The position numbers and the translations under genes are program-made. Shown here piece by piece: positions 35,054 through 43,438 of a DNA stretch of 64,000 nt. Location of the stretch: NCBI GenBank assembly GCA_038890615.1, contig JAWAFI010000001.1, positions 342,889 to 406,888 on the forward strand, written 5' to 3'. The stretch's first letter is position 1; each line of letters opens with the position of its first letter. A model generated the notes under the pieces. It was not told the origin of the DNA. It saw only the letters and a program-made list of their open reading frames with translations, and ran no database searches. The DNA is from Candidatus Anstonellales archaeon (GTDB lineage Archaea; Micrarchaeota; Micrarchaeia; Anstonellales; J096).

Positions 35054-35105
35054 ACTTATCACCTATGCTTTAAAGAATTAGAAACCATTAAATAGCTATC
35101 GCGGG

Positions 35106-36326
35106 CTATCCCATGCTTATAATCAAGCCTTCCCCAACCTCCCTTATCCTATCCAGGCTTATCTCTATGTTGGTCCCTGTGGTGCTCTTTATTACAATCC
35201 TCTCTTTCTTAGGGTCAATCCCAACTGCGCTCCCTATGAGCATCCCATTTTGGTCTATTACTTCTTTACCAACTATGCTCATCTTAAGGAGCGCCTCTGT
35301 CCTAAGCCCTTTCACCACGCTTATGCCTACAGCAGTAACAATGCCAACTGCTATTATGCCTATAACCAAGTCGCTGAACCCTATGTATGGCTCGCTCTCA
35401 TTTGTAATCCATCTTGCAAACCAGTTTATCACGAAGTATATTGCTATTATGCCAATGGTGTACATTCCGTAGGTGGCTATCTTGTAACTCCTGTTCTTCT
35501 CAATCAGGGCATCAACAACCCCTCCTATTATGAAAAGGAAAGCCGCCCAAGGCATTATTATCATTGCCCCTAGCACGAACTCTCCTATCTCCTTTACTCT
35601 GTCATCACTATGGATTGCCTGCATTCCCATCCACAGAGATATTATGAAAAGGAGTAAGGAAGCCCCTCCTGCTATCCATCCAGGCCTCTCCACTGAGAAC
35701 TTAAAGCTTTTCAAGCTGCTGCCAATAAGCTCATCTATGCCAAAGCCCTTCAGCAAAAGGTAGAAGCCAACTATTATCCCGACATACTGCCATGGCAGGT
35801 TGAGAAGCGTTATGGCTGAAACCACAAGTATAAAAAGCGCAGGGACTCCCAGCAAAAGCCTTGCGTAGTAGGGATCCTTCAGCTTCTCGAGCAGCACAAA
35901 GTAGGTTTTTTCAAGCTCTTTTGCTTGCTTCATCACGATGTTCTTCACTGCTTCTACCTTTACCACTGTGTTAATCATAGGCAGCACTTCTTCATCTCCC
36001 ACCCCATCTCCCACTACTATTGCGCTCTCTGGCTTGAAATCATAAACAATCATGTCAAGCTGCTTCTTTATCAGCTGGTTGGCAGAGTATCCCAAGTTTT
36101 TGTGGCCTGTGAGCACTGCAATCTCAACTTCCCTACCTCCCTTCTTCAATTCAGAGTATATCTGCACTGCTGCGAACATGGCGTTTGCATCAGGCTCCTC
36201 AGGGTCTGCGATTGCCATCTTAATTGCTGCTGCCTTTACATTCTCAAGCCCAACCACAGGCCCCCTTACCTTTGCCTTTTCAAACAAGTCATTGTCTATG
36301 TCTATGCAAAGGACAAGGGTTCTCAT
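35106..36326 (-). CDS. DUF373-family archaeal integral membrane protein with C-terminal PRC-barrel-like segment
   Basis: MRTLVLCIDIDNDL N-terminus typical of DUF373, cytoplasmic N-domain, ~6 hydrophobic helices, C-terminal GKEVIDQNGMLIGSAVGIDPKKERIVIKS. Confidence 0.65.
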   Translation of the reverse strand: MRTLVLCIDIDNDLFEKAKVRGPVVGLENVKAAAIKMAIADPEEPDANAMFAAVQIYSELKKGGREVEIAVLTGHKNLGYSANQLIKKQLDMIVYDFKPESAIVVGDGVGDEEVLPMINTVVKVEAVKNIVMKQAKELEKTYFVLLEKLKDPYYARLLLGVPALFILVVSAITLLNLPWQYVGIIVGFYLLLKGFGIDELIGSSLKSFKFSVERPGWIAGGASLLLFIISLWMGMQAIHSDDRVKEIGEFVLGAMIIMPWAAFLFIIGGVVDALIEKNRSYKIATYGMYTIGIIAIYFVINWFARWITNESEPYIGFSDLVIGIIAVGIVTAVGISVVKGLRTEALLKMSIVGKEVIDQNGMLIGSAVGIDPKKERIVIKSTTGTNIEISLDRIREVGEGLIISMG

Positions 36327-36388
36327 TGCTATCACTTTCTACAAAAATGCTTTTAAAGGTTGAAGGTATTAAACTTAGCGGTGATTTT

Positions 36389-36790
36389 ATGAAAACAGCA
36401 TTAGATGTTGAGCCAAACATTATCATCAAAAAGGTTGCAGAAAGCCTTAAAGGCGTAATCAGCAAGCCTGCTTACATAGATTTCGTAAAGAGCGGCGCGC
36501 ATGCTGAGAGGCCGCCTGAGCAAGAGGACTTTTGGTATATAAGATGCGCCTCAATACTTAGGCATGCATATGCCAACCCGGTTGTGGGGGTCAATAGGCT
36601 AAGGAGGCATTATGGGGGCAGGAAGAACAGGGGCTTGCTCCCTGAAAAGCACAGGCCAGCAGGGGGGAAGATCATAAGGGATGCACTAAGGGCACTTGAG
36701 GCAGCAGGATTCCTTGAGAGGGCTGAGCATGGGAGGAAGCTAAGCGCAAAAGGCAGGAGCTTCCTTGACAAGGTGGCGAAAGAAGCATGA
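36389..36790 (+). CDS. rps19e: 30S ribosomal protein S19e
   Basis: MKTALDVEPNIIIKKVAESLK...PEQEDFWYIRCASILR...GGRKNRG...GGKIIRDALRALE. GGTGA 5 nt upstream of ATG 36389. Confidence 0.9.
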   Translation: MKTALDVEPNIIIKKVAESLKGVISKPAYIDFVKSGAHAERPPEQEDFWYIRCASILRHAYANPVVGVNRLRRHYGGRKNRGLLPEKHRPAGGKIIRDALRALEAAGFLERAEHGRKLSAKGRSFLDKVAKEA

Positions 36791-37044
36791 GCGAGATTGA
36801 TGAATCTTTAAGAAAAGAGATGCAGCTCAAGGCATTGCTAAGGCAATGCTTGGAGAATGATGCTTATGAAAGGCTTATGAATGTGAGGCTTGCGAATGAG
36901 GAGCTTTACCTAACCTCTTCTGAAGTGGTCATAGCCAATTCAAGGAGGCTTGGCAGGAAGCTCAATGATGCAGAGATGCTTACCATTCTAAGGCGCCTGA
37001 AGGGGCCAAAGCAAAGCGGCTCCATCAATATAAGGAGAAGATGA
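36787..37044 (+). CDS. PDCD5/TFAR19-like double-stranded-DNA-binding protein
   Basis: ...LLRQCLENDAYERLMNVRLANEELY... matches the dsDNA_bind (MTH1615-type) family. ATGA overlap with the S19e stop. Confidence 0.8.
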   Translation: MSEIDESLRKEMQLKALLRQCLENDAYERLMNVRLANEELYLTSSEVVIANSRRLGRKLNDAEMLTILRRLKGPKQSGSINIRRR

Positions 37045-37048
37045 TTTT

Positions 37049-37201
37049 ATGGCAAAAGACCTTAAGACAAAAATGAGGCTTGCAAAAGCTGCAAGAAGGA
37101 CAAAAGGGCTTTCAAATTTCGTTTTAGTAAGGACAAGGAGAAGAATAAAGAGTGCAGGGAAGCGAAGACATTGGAAAGGCCCAAAGCTTAAGCTAAGGTG
37201 A
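37049..37201 (+). CDS. rpl39e: 50S ribosomal protein L39e (not in the ORF track)
   Basis: Encodes MAKDLKTKMRLAKAARRTKGLSNFVLVRTRRRIKSAGKRRHWKGPKLKLR (50 aa), the L39e pattern (...LAKA...vP.wv..kT.rrv.....rRhWrr.klk). Confidence 0.85.
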   Translation: MAKDLKTKMRLAKAARRTKGLSNFVLVRTRRRIKSAGKRRHWKGPKLKLR

Positions 37202-37205
37202 TGCT

Positions 37206-37601
37206 ATGGAAGAGCGCATTTACACAATAAGCCTGAGGGAGGCATTCAGCCACAGCAGGGCAAAAAAGGCAGAAAGGGCTGTTAAAGAGATAAAGGAATA
37301 CTTAAAGAAGCACACTAAGAAGGAAAAGGTGTCTATAAGCAATGCAATATCGCAGGCGGTCTATGCAAGGGGCTACAAGAAGTGCCCAAGGAAAGTCAAA
37401 GTAATAGTCAGAATAGAAGAAGATTCTGCAAAGGCCTACCTGTTCGGGGAAGAGCCCAAAAAGGAAGAGCCAAAGAAAGAGAAAAAAGAGGAGAAGCCTG
37501 AAGGCAAGGAAGAGCCCAAAAAGGAAGAGCCAAAGAAAGAGGAGCCCAAGGAAGGGGCAAAAAGCAAGGCAGAAAATAAGCAAGCAAAGAGCTCCACATG
37601 A
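37206..37601 (+). CDS. rpl31e: 50S ribosomal protein L31e with K/E/P-rich C-terminal extension
   Basis: MEERIYTISLREAF...RAKKAERAVKEIKEYLKKH...ISNAISQAVYARGYKKCPRKVKV core, followed by EEPKKEEPKKEKKEEKPEGKEEPKKEEPKKEEPKEG. Confidence 0.9.
   Translation: MEERIYTISLREAFSHSRAKKAERAVKEIKEYLKKHTKKEKVSISNAISQAVYARGYKKCPRKVKVIVRIEEDSAKAYLFGEEPKKEEPKKEKKEEKPEGKEEPKKEEPKKEEPKEGAKSKAENKQAKSST
37448..37541. repeat. 34-bp perfect repeat at 60-bp spacing inside the L31e tail
   Basis: GGAAGAGCCCAAAAAGGAAGAGCCAAAGAAAGAG occurs at 37448-37481 and again at 37508-37541 (coding EEPKKEEPKKE). Confidence 0.9.
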
Positions 37602-38242
37602 AGCTGTCCTACTTCAGGAACGAGAATATAGGGCTCTACTTTTTCACCAATGACAGGGTTACTATTGCCCCTCCTGCACTGCCTGAAAAGGATGCAGAGG
37701 CGATAGGCAGGAGGCTTGGCACCAAGGTAGTGCGCACCGAGGTATGCGGAAGCGATTTTATAGGTATTTACTGCGCAGGCAACAACAACGGCATAATAAT
37801 CCCAGAAATGGCAACAAAAGAAGAGGCAGGATCCATTGAAGGGGTTGAGGTATTCCAAATAAGGAGCAGGGCAAATGCATTTGGCAACAACATAGCTGCA
37901 AACTCTAAGGTTGCCCTAGTTGGCCCAGTATACAATTCAAAGGAGAAGGAAGCAATAAGGGATGCGCTTGATGTAGAAGTAATAGAGGTTGACTTAGCTG
38001 GCTACCCTACAGTAGGGTCTCTTATAAGGATGAACGATACCGCCTTCCTTCTGGGCTACAAGGCAGAGGAAGAGATTGATCATCTTAAGGAAATTCTTGG
38101 CATGGAGGGAAAGGCTGGCTCTGTGAACATGGGTTCGCCAATAATAAAATTAGGTTGCGTTGTAAACAACAAAGCTTATATAGCAGGATCTGCCTGCTCT
38201 GGGGTCGAGATCGGTACCATGGAAGAGGTGTTTATGCTATGA
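37598..38242 (+). CDS. eif6: Translation initiation factor 6 (aIF6)
   Basis: Pentein-repeat aIF6 pattern: MKLSYFRNENIGLYFFTNDRVTIAPP..., ...GNNIAANSKVALV..., ...VGSLIRMNDTAFLL... Confidence 0.9.
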   Translation: MKLSYFRNENIGLYFFTNDRVTIAPPALPEKDAEAIGRRLGTKVVRTEVCGSDFIGIYCAGNNNGIIIPEMATKEEAGSIEGVEVFQIRSRANAFGNNIAANSKVALVGPVYNSKEKEAIRDALDVEVIEVDLAGYPTVGSLIRMNDTAFLLGYKAEEEIDHLKEILGMEGKAGSVNMGSPIIKLGCVVNNKAYIAGSACSGVEIGTMEEVFML

Positions 38243-38547
38243 TACAATACGCTGATTTCGCAAAGCTCGAGCTGGTTGTCGCGAAGGTCTTAAGCGTGGA
38301 AGATGTGGAAGGCGCTGACAGGCTCTACAAGCTTACCCTTGACATAGGCGGCTCAACTGCTACTGTTGTGGCTGGGATAAAGGGCTTCTATAAAAAAGAG
38401 GAGCTTTTAGGCAAGCAGCTTGTATTGCTAAAGAACCTTGAGCCGCGAATAGTAAAAGGAATAAAATCAGAAGGCATGATACTGGCTACTGCTGGGTCTG
38501 TAATAACCCTGGACAGGGAGCAGCGCCCAGGGGAAAGGGTGATGTGA
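38239..38547 (+). CDS. tRNA-binding domain protein (EMAP/Trbp111/CsaA-like OB fold)
   Basis: FAKLELVVAKVLSVEDVEGADRLYKLTLDIGG...VVAGIKGFYKKEELLGKQLVLLKNLEPRIVKGIKSEGMILA is the characteristic pattern. ATGA overlap with the aIF6 stop. Confidence 0.8.
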   Translation: MIQYADFAKLELVVAKVLSVEDVEGADRLYKLTLDIGGSTATVVAGIKGFYKKEELLGKQLVLLKNLEPRIVKGIKSEGMILATAGSVITLDREQRPGERVM

Positions 38548-38703
38548 ATGAAAGTAAAAGGGTTTTTTAAAAAGCTAAAAAAGAGGTTCGAGATTGAGGT
38601 GGATGCAAAATCAAAGAAGGAGGCAATGGAAAAGGCCTATTCTTACTTCGGCTCAAAGATGGGCATGAAGAGAGGAACAGTTGAGATAACAGAGGTGGCA
38701 TGA
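38548..38703 (+). CDS. rplX: 50S ribosomal protein LX (L18Ae/L20A family; not in the ORF track)
   Basis: Encodes MKVKGFFKKLKKRFEIEVDAKSKKEAMEKAYSYFGSKMGMKRGTVEITEVA (51 aa). It matches the LX C-terminal pattern (A.e.vys.lGSkH..kR..i.I.ev) and the conserved L31e-aIF6-LX-PfdA position. Confidence 0.75.
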   Translation: MKVKGFFKKLKKRFEIEVDAKSKKEAMEKAYSYFGSKMGMKRGTVEITEVA

Positions 38704-39087
38704 ATGCAGAGCATAGAGCAGGAGTACCAAGTGCTCCTAAGCCAGAGGTCTGTTTTTGCCTCTGAGCTTGAGAACCTTGCCTCGCTTTTGGCAGTGCTTA
38801 GCGGAGCAGCTGTATCGCTTGAGGAAATGAAGAACAGCGCCTGGGTCTCGCTTGGGGCGCAAGCAGGTTTCATACTTGCAAAGGAGATAAGCGATGAGGT
38901 CCTTGTGCCAGTTGGCTTCCGCTTCTACTTGAAAATGCCAAAGGCTTCTGCCAAAGAAAAGATAGAGAAAAGGGTTAATCAAGTAAGGAAGGCAATAGCC
39001 AAGCTTAATGAAGAGGTGGAGAAGATTGAGAGGCGCATGCTTGAGATGCGCAAAGAGGCGCTGAAGGCGAGAAAAGGAGATGTTTGA
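38704..39087 (+). CDS. pfdA: Prefoldin alpha subunit
   Basis: Two coiled-coil arms flanking the beta-hairpin region VLVPVGFRFYLKM; conserved operon position upstream of ftsY. Confidence 0.85.
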   Translation: MQSIEQEYQVLLSQRSVFASELENLASLLAVLSGAAVSLEEMKNSAWVSLGAQAGFILAKEISDEVLVPVGFRFYLKMPKASAKEKIEKRVNQVRKAIAKLNEEVEKIERRMLEMRKEALKARKGDV

Positions 39088-40057
39088 CCTACTCAAGAAG
39101 CATATAAGCAACTTTGTTGAAGGCGCAAAAGAGTTCATTGGTGAGAAGAAAAAAGAGGTTAGCCAGGAAGTTGCAGCAAAAGTAGCCACAATAGGGAAAG
39201 GGGTAAAGGAAATAGCCACTGGGGAGCTTGAGATAGAGGAAAAGGACTTAGAGCCCCATCTGCGCGAGCTTGAGATAAGCCTGCTCTCCTCAAATGTTGC
39301 CCAAGAAGCAGTGCAGCAGGTCATTTCAGACCTGAAGAAAGACTTGGTGGGCAGGAAGCTCAAAAAAGCAGAATTGAACTCTGTTGTAAAGGCATCCCTT
39401 CGCTCATCGTTTGAACGTCTCCTTATGAAGGAGCGCCCCCTGATAAAAGATTTCATCAAGGGCAAGCCTTCTGTAATCCTTTTCTTTGGCCCAAATGGCA
39501 CTGGCAAAACAACAACAATAGCAAAGGTTGCCCTTCTCCTAAAGGAGCAAGGCTATAACCCAGTAATTGCTGCAGCAGACACATTCCGTGCTGCTGCAAT
39601 AGAGCAGCTTGAGAAGCACGGAGCCAACATAGATGTCAAAGTTATAAAGAGCAAGTATGGCGCTGACCCTGCTTCTGTTGCTTACACTGCCAAGCAGTAT
39701 GCAATTGCCCATTCCTGCGATGTGGTGCTTGTTGACACAGCAGGGAGGCAGGACCTTAACAGGAACCTCATGAAGGAGCTTGCGAAGATAGCTAGGGTTT
39801 CTTCCCCCGATGCTAAGTTTTACATAGGTGAAAGCATTACAGGCAATGCGATAGTTGAGCAGGTGAATGCATTCAACAAAGAGATAAAGATTGATGGTGT
39901 AATCCTGACCAAGGTCGACTTAGACCGGAAAGGCGGCAGCGTAATATCTGTTGAGAAGGCTACAGGGGTCCCGATCCTATATGTGACAAACGGCCAGGGC
40001 TACAAAGACATAGAGCCTTTTGATGGGAAAAAATACATTGACCTTTTGCTGCCATAA
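39080..40057 (+). CDS. ftsY: Signal recognition particle receptor FtsY
   Basis: SRP-GTPase motifs GPNGTGKTTTIAK, DTFRAAAIEQL, DTAGR, TKVDLDRKGG, plus an N-terminal helical domain. Confidence 0.95.
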   Translation: MFDLLKKHISNFVEGAKEFIGEKKKEVSQEVAAKVATIGKGVKEIATGELEIEEKDLEPHLRELEISLLSSNVAQEAVQQVISDLKKDLVGRKLKKAELNSVVKASLRSSFERLLMKERPLIKDFIKGKPSVILFFGPNGTGKTTTIAKVALLLKEQGYNPVIAAADTFRAAAIEQLEKHGANIDVKVIKSKYGADPASVAYTAKQYAIAHSCDVVLVDTAGRQDLNRNLMKELAKIARVSSPDAKFYIGESITGNAIVEQVNAFNKEIKIDGVILTKVDLDRKGGSVISVEKATGVPILYVTNGQGYKDIEPFDGKKYIDLLLP

Positions 40058-40126
40058 AATACCTCTTTGGTTGCCACTAAATTGTTTTTGGCAAAGATAT
40101 TTAAACCACCCATGCAAATAGCTCCC

Positions 40127-41125
40127 ATGAAAAAACAGCCTTCACGAGAAAGCACAAGCCAGCAAGAGAGCGTTATGCTCGCAGGGGCGCTCCTCGTTGG
40201 TGTTGTGCTTGGGATTGCAATAGGTTACGGTGTTTTTGTTCTTATGGCACCGCCACAGCAGCAAATCACCCAAACAACTGCAAACAACACAACTTCCTTC
40301 CAGATAAGCAACGCAAAGATCCAAGAGCAGCTGGGCTACTTTGAGGAATACTATGCACTAATGGGCCAGAAAATAAAGTTCACCCTTGTCTCAGCAAAGC
40401 TTAACCAAGAGGGTTTGATAGAGGCTTCTGTAAAGGAGGCAACAACAGGGCAAGAAATAACATTCTACTTTACCCAGAAATACAACTTTGTGCCCCAAGG
40501 GCCTGTAAACCTAAAGGAAGTGCTTGACCAGATAAAGCAGCAGTTTGTCATACCAACAGCAGAAAAGCCAGTGGTTAAGCTCTTCATAATGAGCTACTGC
40601 CCGTACGGCAACATAGCTGAGAATGCCATAAAGGACGTGATTCTCCTCTTAGACAACAAGATTGATTTTGAGCCAGTTTATATAATTTCAGGGAGCAACG
40701 GCAACTACCAATCCCTGCATGGGGTAAACGAGCTGAACCAAGACATAAGGGAGAAGCTAATCTACAAAGAGTATGGCTCAAAGGTTTGGATGGAATACGT
40801 ATATGCTGTGAATGCCCAATGCTCTCTAGACACAATTGAGACCTGCTGGAAAGAAGTAGCTGATTCAATGGGTATTGATTCTTCAAAGATACAGCAGAGG
40901 TACGATTCTGAGTTCAATGCAATTGCTGATGAAGAAGTGCAGAAGACCATTAGCTACCAAGTAACTGGCTCCCCAACGCTGCTAATAAACGGGAAGCCGT
41001 ACAATGGGCAAAGGTCTGCAAGTGCATACTTGGAAGGGATATGCTCTGGCTTCAATAACCCGCCTTCAGAGTGCAGCGCAGAGCTTAGCGGGGCAACATC
41101 AGCACCTTCAGGCAGCTGCGGCTGA
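40127..41125 (+). CDS. Membrane-anchored thioredoxin-fold (DsbA-like) thiol:disulfide oxidoreductase
   Basis: TM LAGALLVGVVLGIAIGYGVFVLM, CxxC in FIMSYCPYGN, VTGSPTLLINGKPY (cis-Pro loop region). Start uncertain (TTG 40067 / ATG 40112 / ATG 40127). ATG 40127 lies ~25 nt downstream of ATATTTAAACC. Confidence 0.65.
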   Translation: MKKQPSRESTSQQESVMLAGALLVGVVLGIAIGYGVFVLMAPPQQQITQTTANNTTSFQISNAKIQEQLGYFEEYYALMGQKIKFTLVSAKLNQEGLIEASVKEATTGQEITFYFTQKYNFVPQGPVNLKEVLDQIKQQFVIPTAEKPVVKLFIMSYCPYGNIAENAIKDVILLLDNKIDFEPVYIISGSNGNYQSLHGVNELNQDIREKLIYKEYGSKVWMEYVYAVNAQCSLDTIETCWKEVADSMGIDSSKIQQRYDSEFNAIADEEVQKTISYQVTGSPTLLINGKPYNGQRSASAYLEGICSGFNNPPSECSAELSGATSAPSGSCG

Positions 41126-41167
41126 GCCAAAGCCTAACCTTTTAAACTATTTTCCCCTTTTTCTTGC

Positions 41168-41827
41168 ATGCACTTGGCTTTTATACCAGATGGCAATAGA
41201 AGGTGGGCTGCAAGCAAGGGCCTCAAGCTTGCAGAGGCATATGAGGTTGGCATAAAAAAAGTCAAGGATGTTGCAGAGTGGTCGCTAAAGCACGGCGCAG
41301 ACCAGGTTAGCTTCTGGGGGTTCTCAACAGACAACTTCAACCGCTCAGAGTCAGAAAAGGCGCAGTTGTTTGCCCTTTTCAGGCGCTTCCTGATGCAGGT
41401 TGTTGAGGAGCTTTCAGAGACAGATAAGGTATCAATCCTATTCACTGGGGACATTGACAGGTTCCCAAAGGACATTGCAGACATGATGCGGGATGTTATG
41501 AGCCGCACAAAAGGCAGGTCAAAAATAATAAACATATACGCTGCTTATGGGGGGCGCGAAGAGATAGCGCAAGCAGCTGCAAACCTCTCAAAGCAGGGAA
41601 AGGAGATAACCGTTGAATCAATCTCAAAAGAGATAAGCCCCATGCTTTCTGACATAGACATCATAGTGCGCACTTCTGGGGAGAAAAGGTTCAGCAACTT
41701 TGCCCTCTGGAAGGGGGCATACGCTGAATTCGTGTTCCTTGACAAGTACTGGCCTGAGCTGACAGAGCAGGACATAGAAAAGATATTTGCTGACTTCAAA
41801 AGCAGGGAAAGGAGGTTTGGAAAGTGA
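41168..41827 (+). CDS. uppS: Cis-prenyltransferase (undecaprenyl/di-trans,poly-cis-polyprenyl diphosphate synthase)
   Basis: HLAFIPDGNRRWA, FSTDNFNRS, RTSGEKRFSNFALWKGAYAEF, RRFG motifs. Confidence 0.9.
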   Translation: MHLAFIPDGNRRWAASKGLKLAEAYEVGIKKVKDVAEWSLKHGADQVSFWGFSTDNFNRSESEKAQLFALFRRFLMQVVEELSETDKVSILFTGDIDRFPKDIADMMRDVMSRTKGRSKIINIYAAYGGREEIAQAAANLSKQGKEITVESISKEISPMLSDIDIIVRTSGEKRFSNFALWKGAYAEFVFLDKYWPELTEQDIEKIFADFKSRERRFGK

Positions 41828-42165
41828 AGGCACTTGGCAAGCTGATGAACTTGACAAAGGGTTCGCTTATTGCAAAGGAATGCTTCTTGGTTGAAACAAA
41901 TTTTGAGAGGGCAAGGGGTCTTATGTTCAGCCAAAAGAAATGCTTGGTTTTCAAATGCGATGGCTTCCTTCCAGTCCATTCGTTCTTTGTGTTCTTCCCA
42001 ATAACTTTGCTCTACATAAAAAAAAGGAGGGTTGTGGAGAAGCACCTCCTAATGCCTTTTACAGCGCATTACAAGAATAGCCACCCCGCAGAATACATGA
42101 TTGAAGTGCCTGGGGAATGCAACGCAAAAAAGGGCGATAGGGTTGCTTGGGTGGAAGATAGTTGA
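41824..42165 (+). CDS. DUF192-family protein
   Basis: ...RARGLMF... and later AEYMIEVPGE... fit the DUF192 (COG1430) pattern. GTG start overlapping the uppS stop; ATG 41845 is an alternative. Confidence 0.65.
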   Translation: MKALGKLMNLTKGSLIAKECFLVETNFERARGLMFSQKKCLVFKCDGFLPVHSFFVFFPITLLYIKKRRVVEKHLLMPFTAHYKNSHPAEYMIEVPGECNAKKGDRVAWVEDS

Positions 42166-43438
42166 GCAAGGGGCTTATAGGATCCCGCTAAAGGCCTTAA
42201 GCAGTGATGAAGAGGGCCTTCTCTCAACATTCCTTTCAAATGTTTCGCTCCAAGAATCAGAGCTTTCTTCAATAAAGGCAGAGCTTGACTCATTTGCCCA
42301 TTCTCAGGGAATATACCTTGACCATGGCCAGCTTGGCTACCTTTCAGAATACCTTTTCCACCATGTATTCGGCTTTGCCTTCCTAGATTTCCTGCTAAAG
42401 GACGATTCAATAGAGGAGATAAGCATACCTCAGGTAGGCAAGAACGCATATGTTTTCATAAGGAAGAAGGGATGGCAGAAGGTCAACGCAATGTTTACAA
42501 CAGAAGAGGCAGTTATGGAAACAGCCAACAAGATGGCGAAGTCATGCGGAAGGCGCATAACCTACAAGAGCCCTCGGCTTGATGCAGTGCTGCCAGATGG
42601 CTCGCGCCTGCATGCCTCCTTATTCCCAATCTCAGGGGGTGAGCTGACAATAAGGAAGTTCAGGCAAAGCCCGTTCTCCCCCCACGAGCTTTTCTCCTCT
42701 TCTACCTATCCTCTTGAAGCGCTTTCATTCCTTTCCTTCGTATTCCAGTCAGACCTTTCAATACTCATTGCAGGCAACACAGCAAGCGGTAAAACGACTT
42801 CTTTAAACTCCTTCTTCTCATATGTGCCCCTGAATGAACGGGTTGTTATTACTGAGCAAACCCCAGAGATAAACATACCCCATGAGCACGTAGTCCGCCT
42901 TGTTGCAAGCCCTGAATCAGGGGTGGGAATGAGCGACATAATATACGACACTTTCAGGATGAGGCCTGACCGCCTTATAGTAGGGGAAGCAAGGAGCGCC
43001 CAAGAAGTCAATGCCTTGTTTGATTCCCTGCTCGCAGGTCAGGCGAGGGGTTGCTATGCAACATTCCACGCAAACAGCTCATCAGAGGCTCTCAAGCGCC
43101 TCTCCCTCTTGGGAATCTCGGAGCTTGACCTTAAGGCAATAGATTTGGTTGTTGTGCAGAAAAGGATGCTCCGCTATGACCCAAAAGAGCGGAAGAATGC
43201 CGAGCTAAGGAGGATGCTTGAGATTTTTGATGTCAAGGAAGGCAAGCAGGTGTTTATGTTCAACGGAAAAGGATGGAAAGAGAGAAGCACCCTTTCTCTC
43301 AGCCGAATCTCCTCCTCGCTTGGGATAACAGCAAAGGAGCTTTCAGCCCAAAGAAAGGCAAGGGAATCTTTCATAAGGAAGCAAAGGGATTTCAGCAGCT
43401 TCGTAAGCGCCTTCCAGAAGGAATTCTATGGACTATAA
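42101..43438 (+). CDS. Type IV filament / archaellum-type secretion ATPase (FlaI/ArlI-PilB-VirB11 superfamily)
   Basis: Walker A AGNTASGKTTSLN, Walker B/Asp-box region DRLIVGEARSAQE, His box GCYATFHANS. Start uncertain (ATG 42101 lies inside the DUF192 gene; in-frame TTG at 42143). Confidence 0.85.
   Translation: MKCLGNATQKRAIGLLGWKIVEQGAYRIPLKALSSDEEGLLSTFLSNVSLQESELSSIKAELDSFAHSQGIYLDHGQLGYLSEYLFHHVFGFAFLDFLLKDDSIEEISIPQVGKNAYVFIRKKGWQKVNAMFTTEEAVMETANKMAKSCGRRITYKSPRLDAVLPDGSRLHASLFPISGGELTIRKFRQSPFSPHELFSSSTYPLEALSFLSFVFQSDLSILIAGNTASGKTTSLNSFFSYVPLNERVVITEQTPEINIPHEHVVRLVASPESGVGMSDIIYDTFRMRPDRLIVGEARSAQEVNALFDSLLAGQARGCYATFHANSSSEALKRLSLLGISELDLKAIDLVVVQKRMLRYDPKERKNAELRRMLEIFDVKEGKQVFMFNGKGWKERSTLSLSRISSSLGITAKELSAQRKARESFIRKQRDFSSFVSAFQKEFYGL

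Noticed and set aside
34884-35081. 65-aa poly-serine ORF on the plus strand
   Set aside because: It overlaps tRNA-Arg and is the antisense reading of the GA-rich tract. The minus-strand acidic micro-ORF has a start codon with a proper Shine-Dalgarno, whereas this one has none.
37448-37541. Short perfect repeats as a possible CRISPR array or minisatellite
   Set aside because: There are only two copies, both inside the L31e reading frame coding K/E/P repeats. There is no spacer/repeat periodicity beyond that and there are no cas genes.
38737-39507. 256-aa minus-strand ORF
   Set aside because: It lies antisense to prefoldin-alpha and FtsY, both with strong family signatures. It has no motif of its own.
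41134-42045. Minus-strand ORFs 41134..41535 and 41545..42045
   Set aside because: They lie antisense to uppS and the DUF192 gene, with no motifs and no expression signals.
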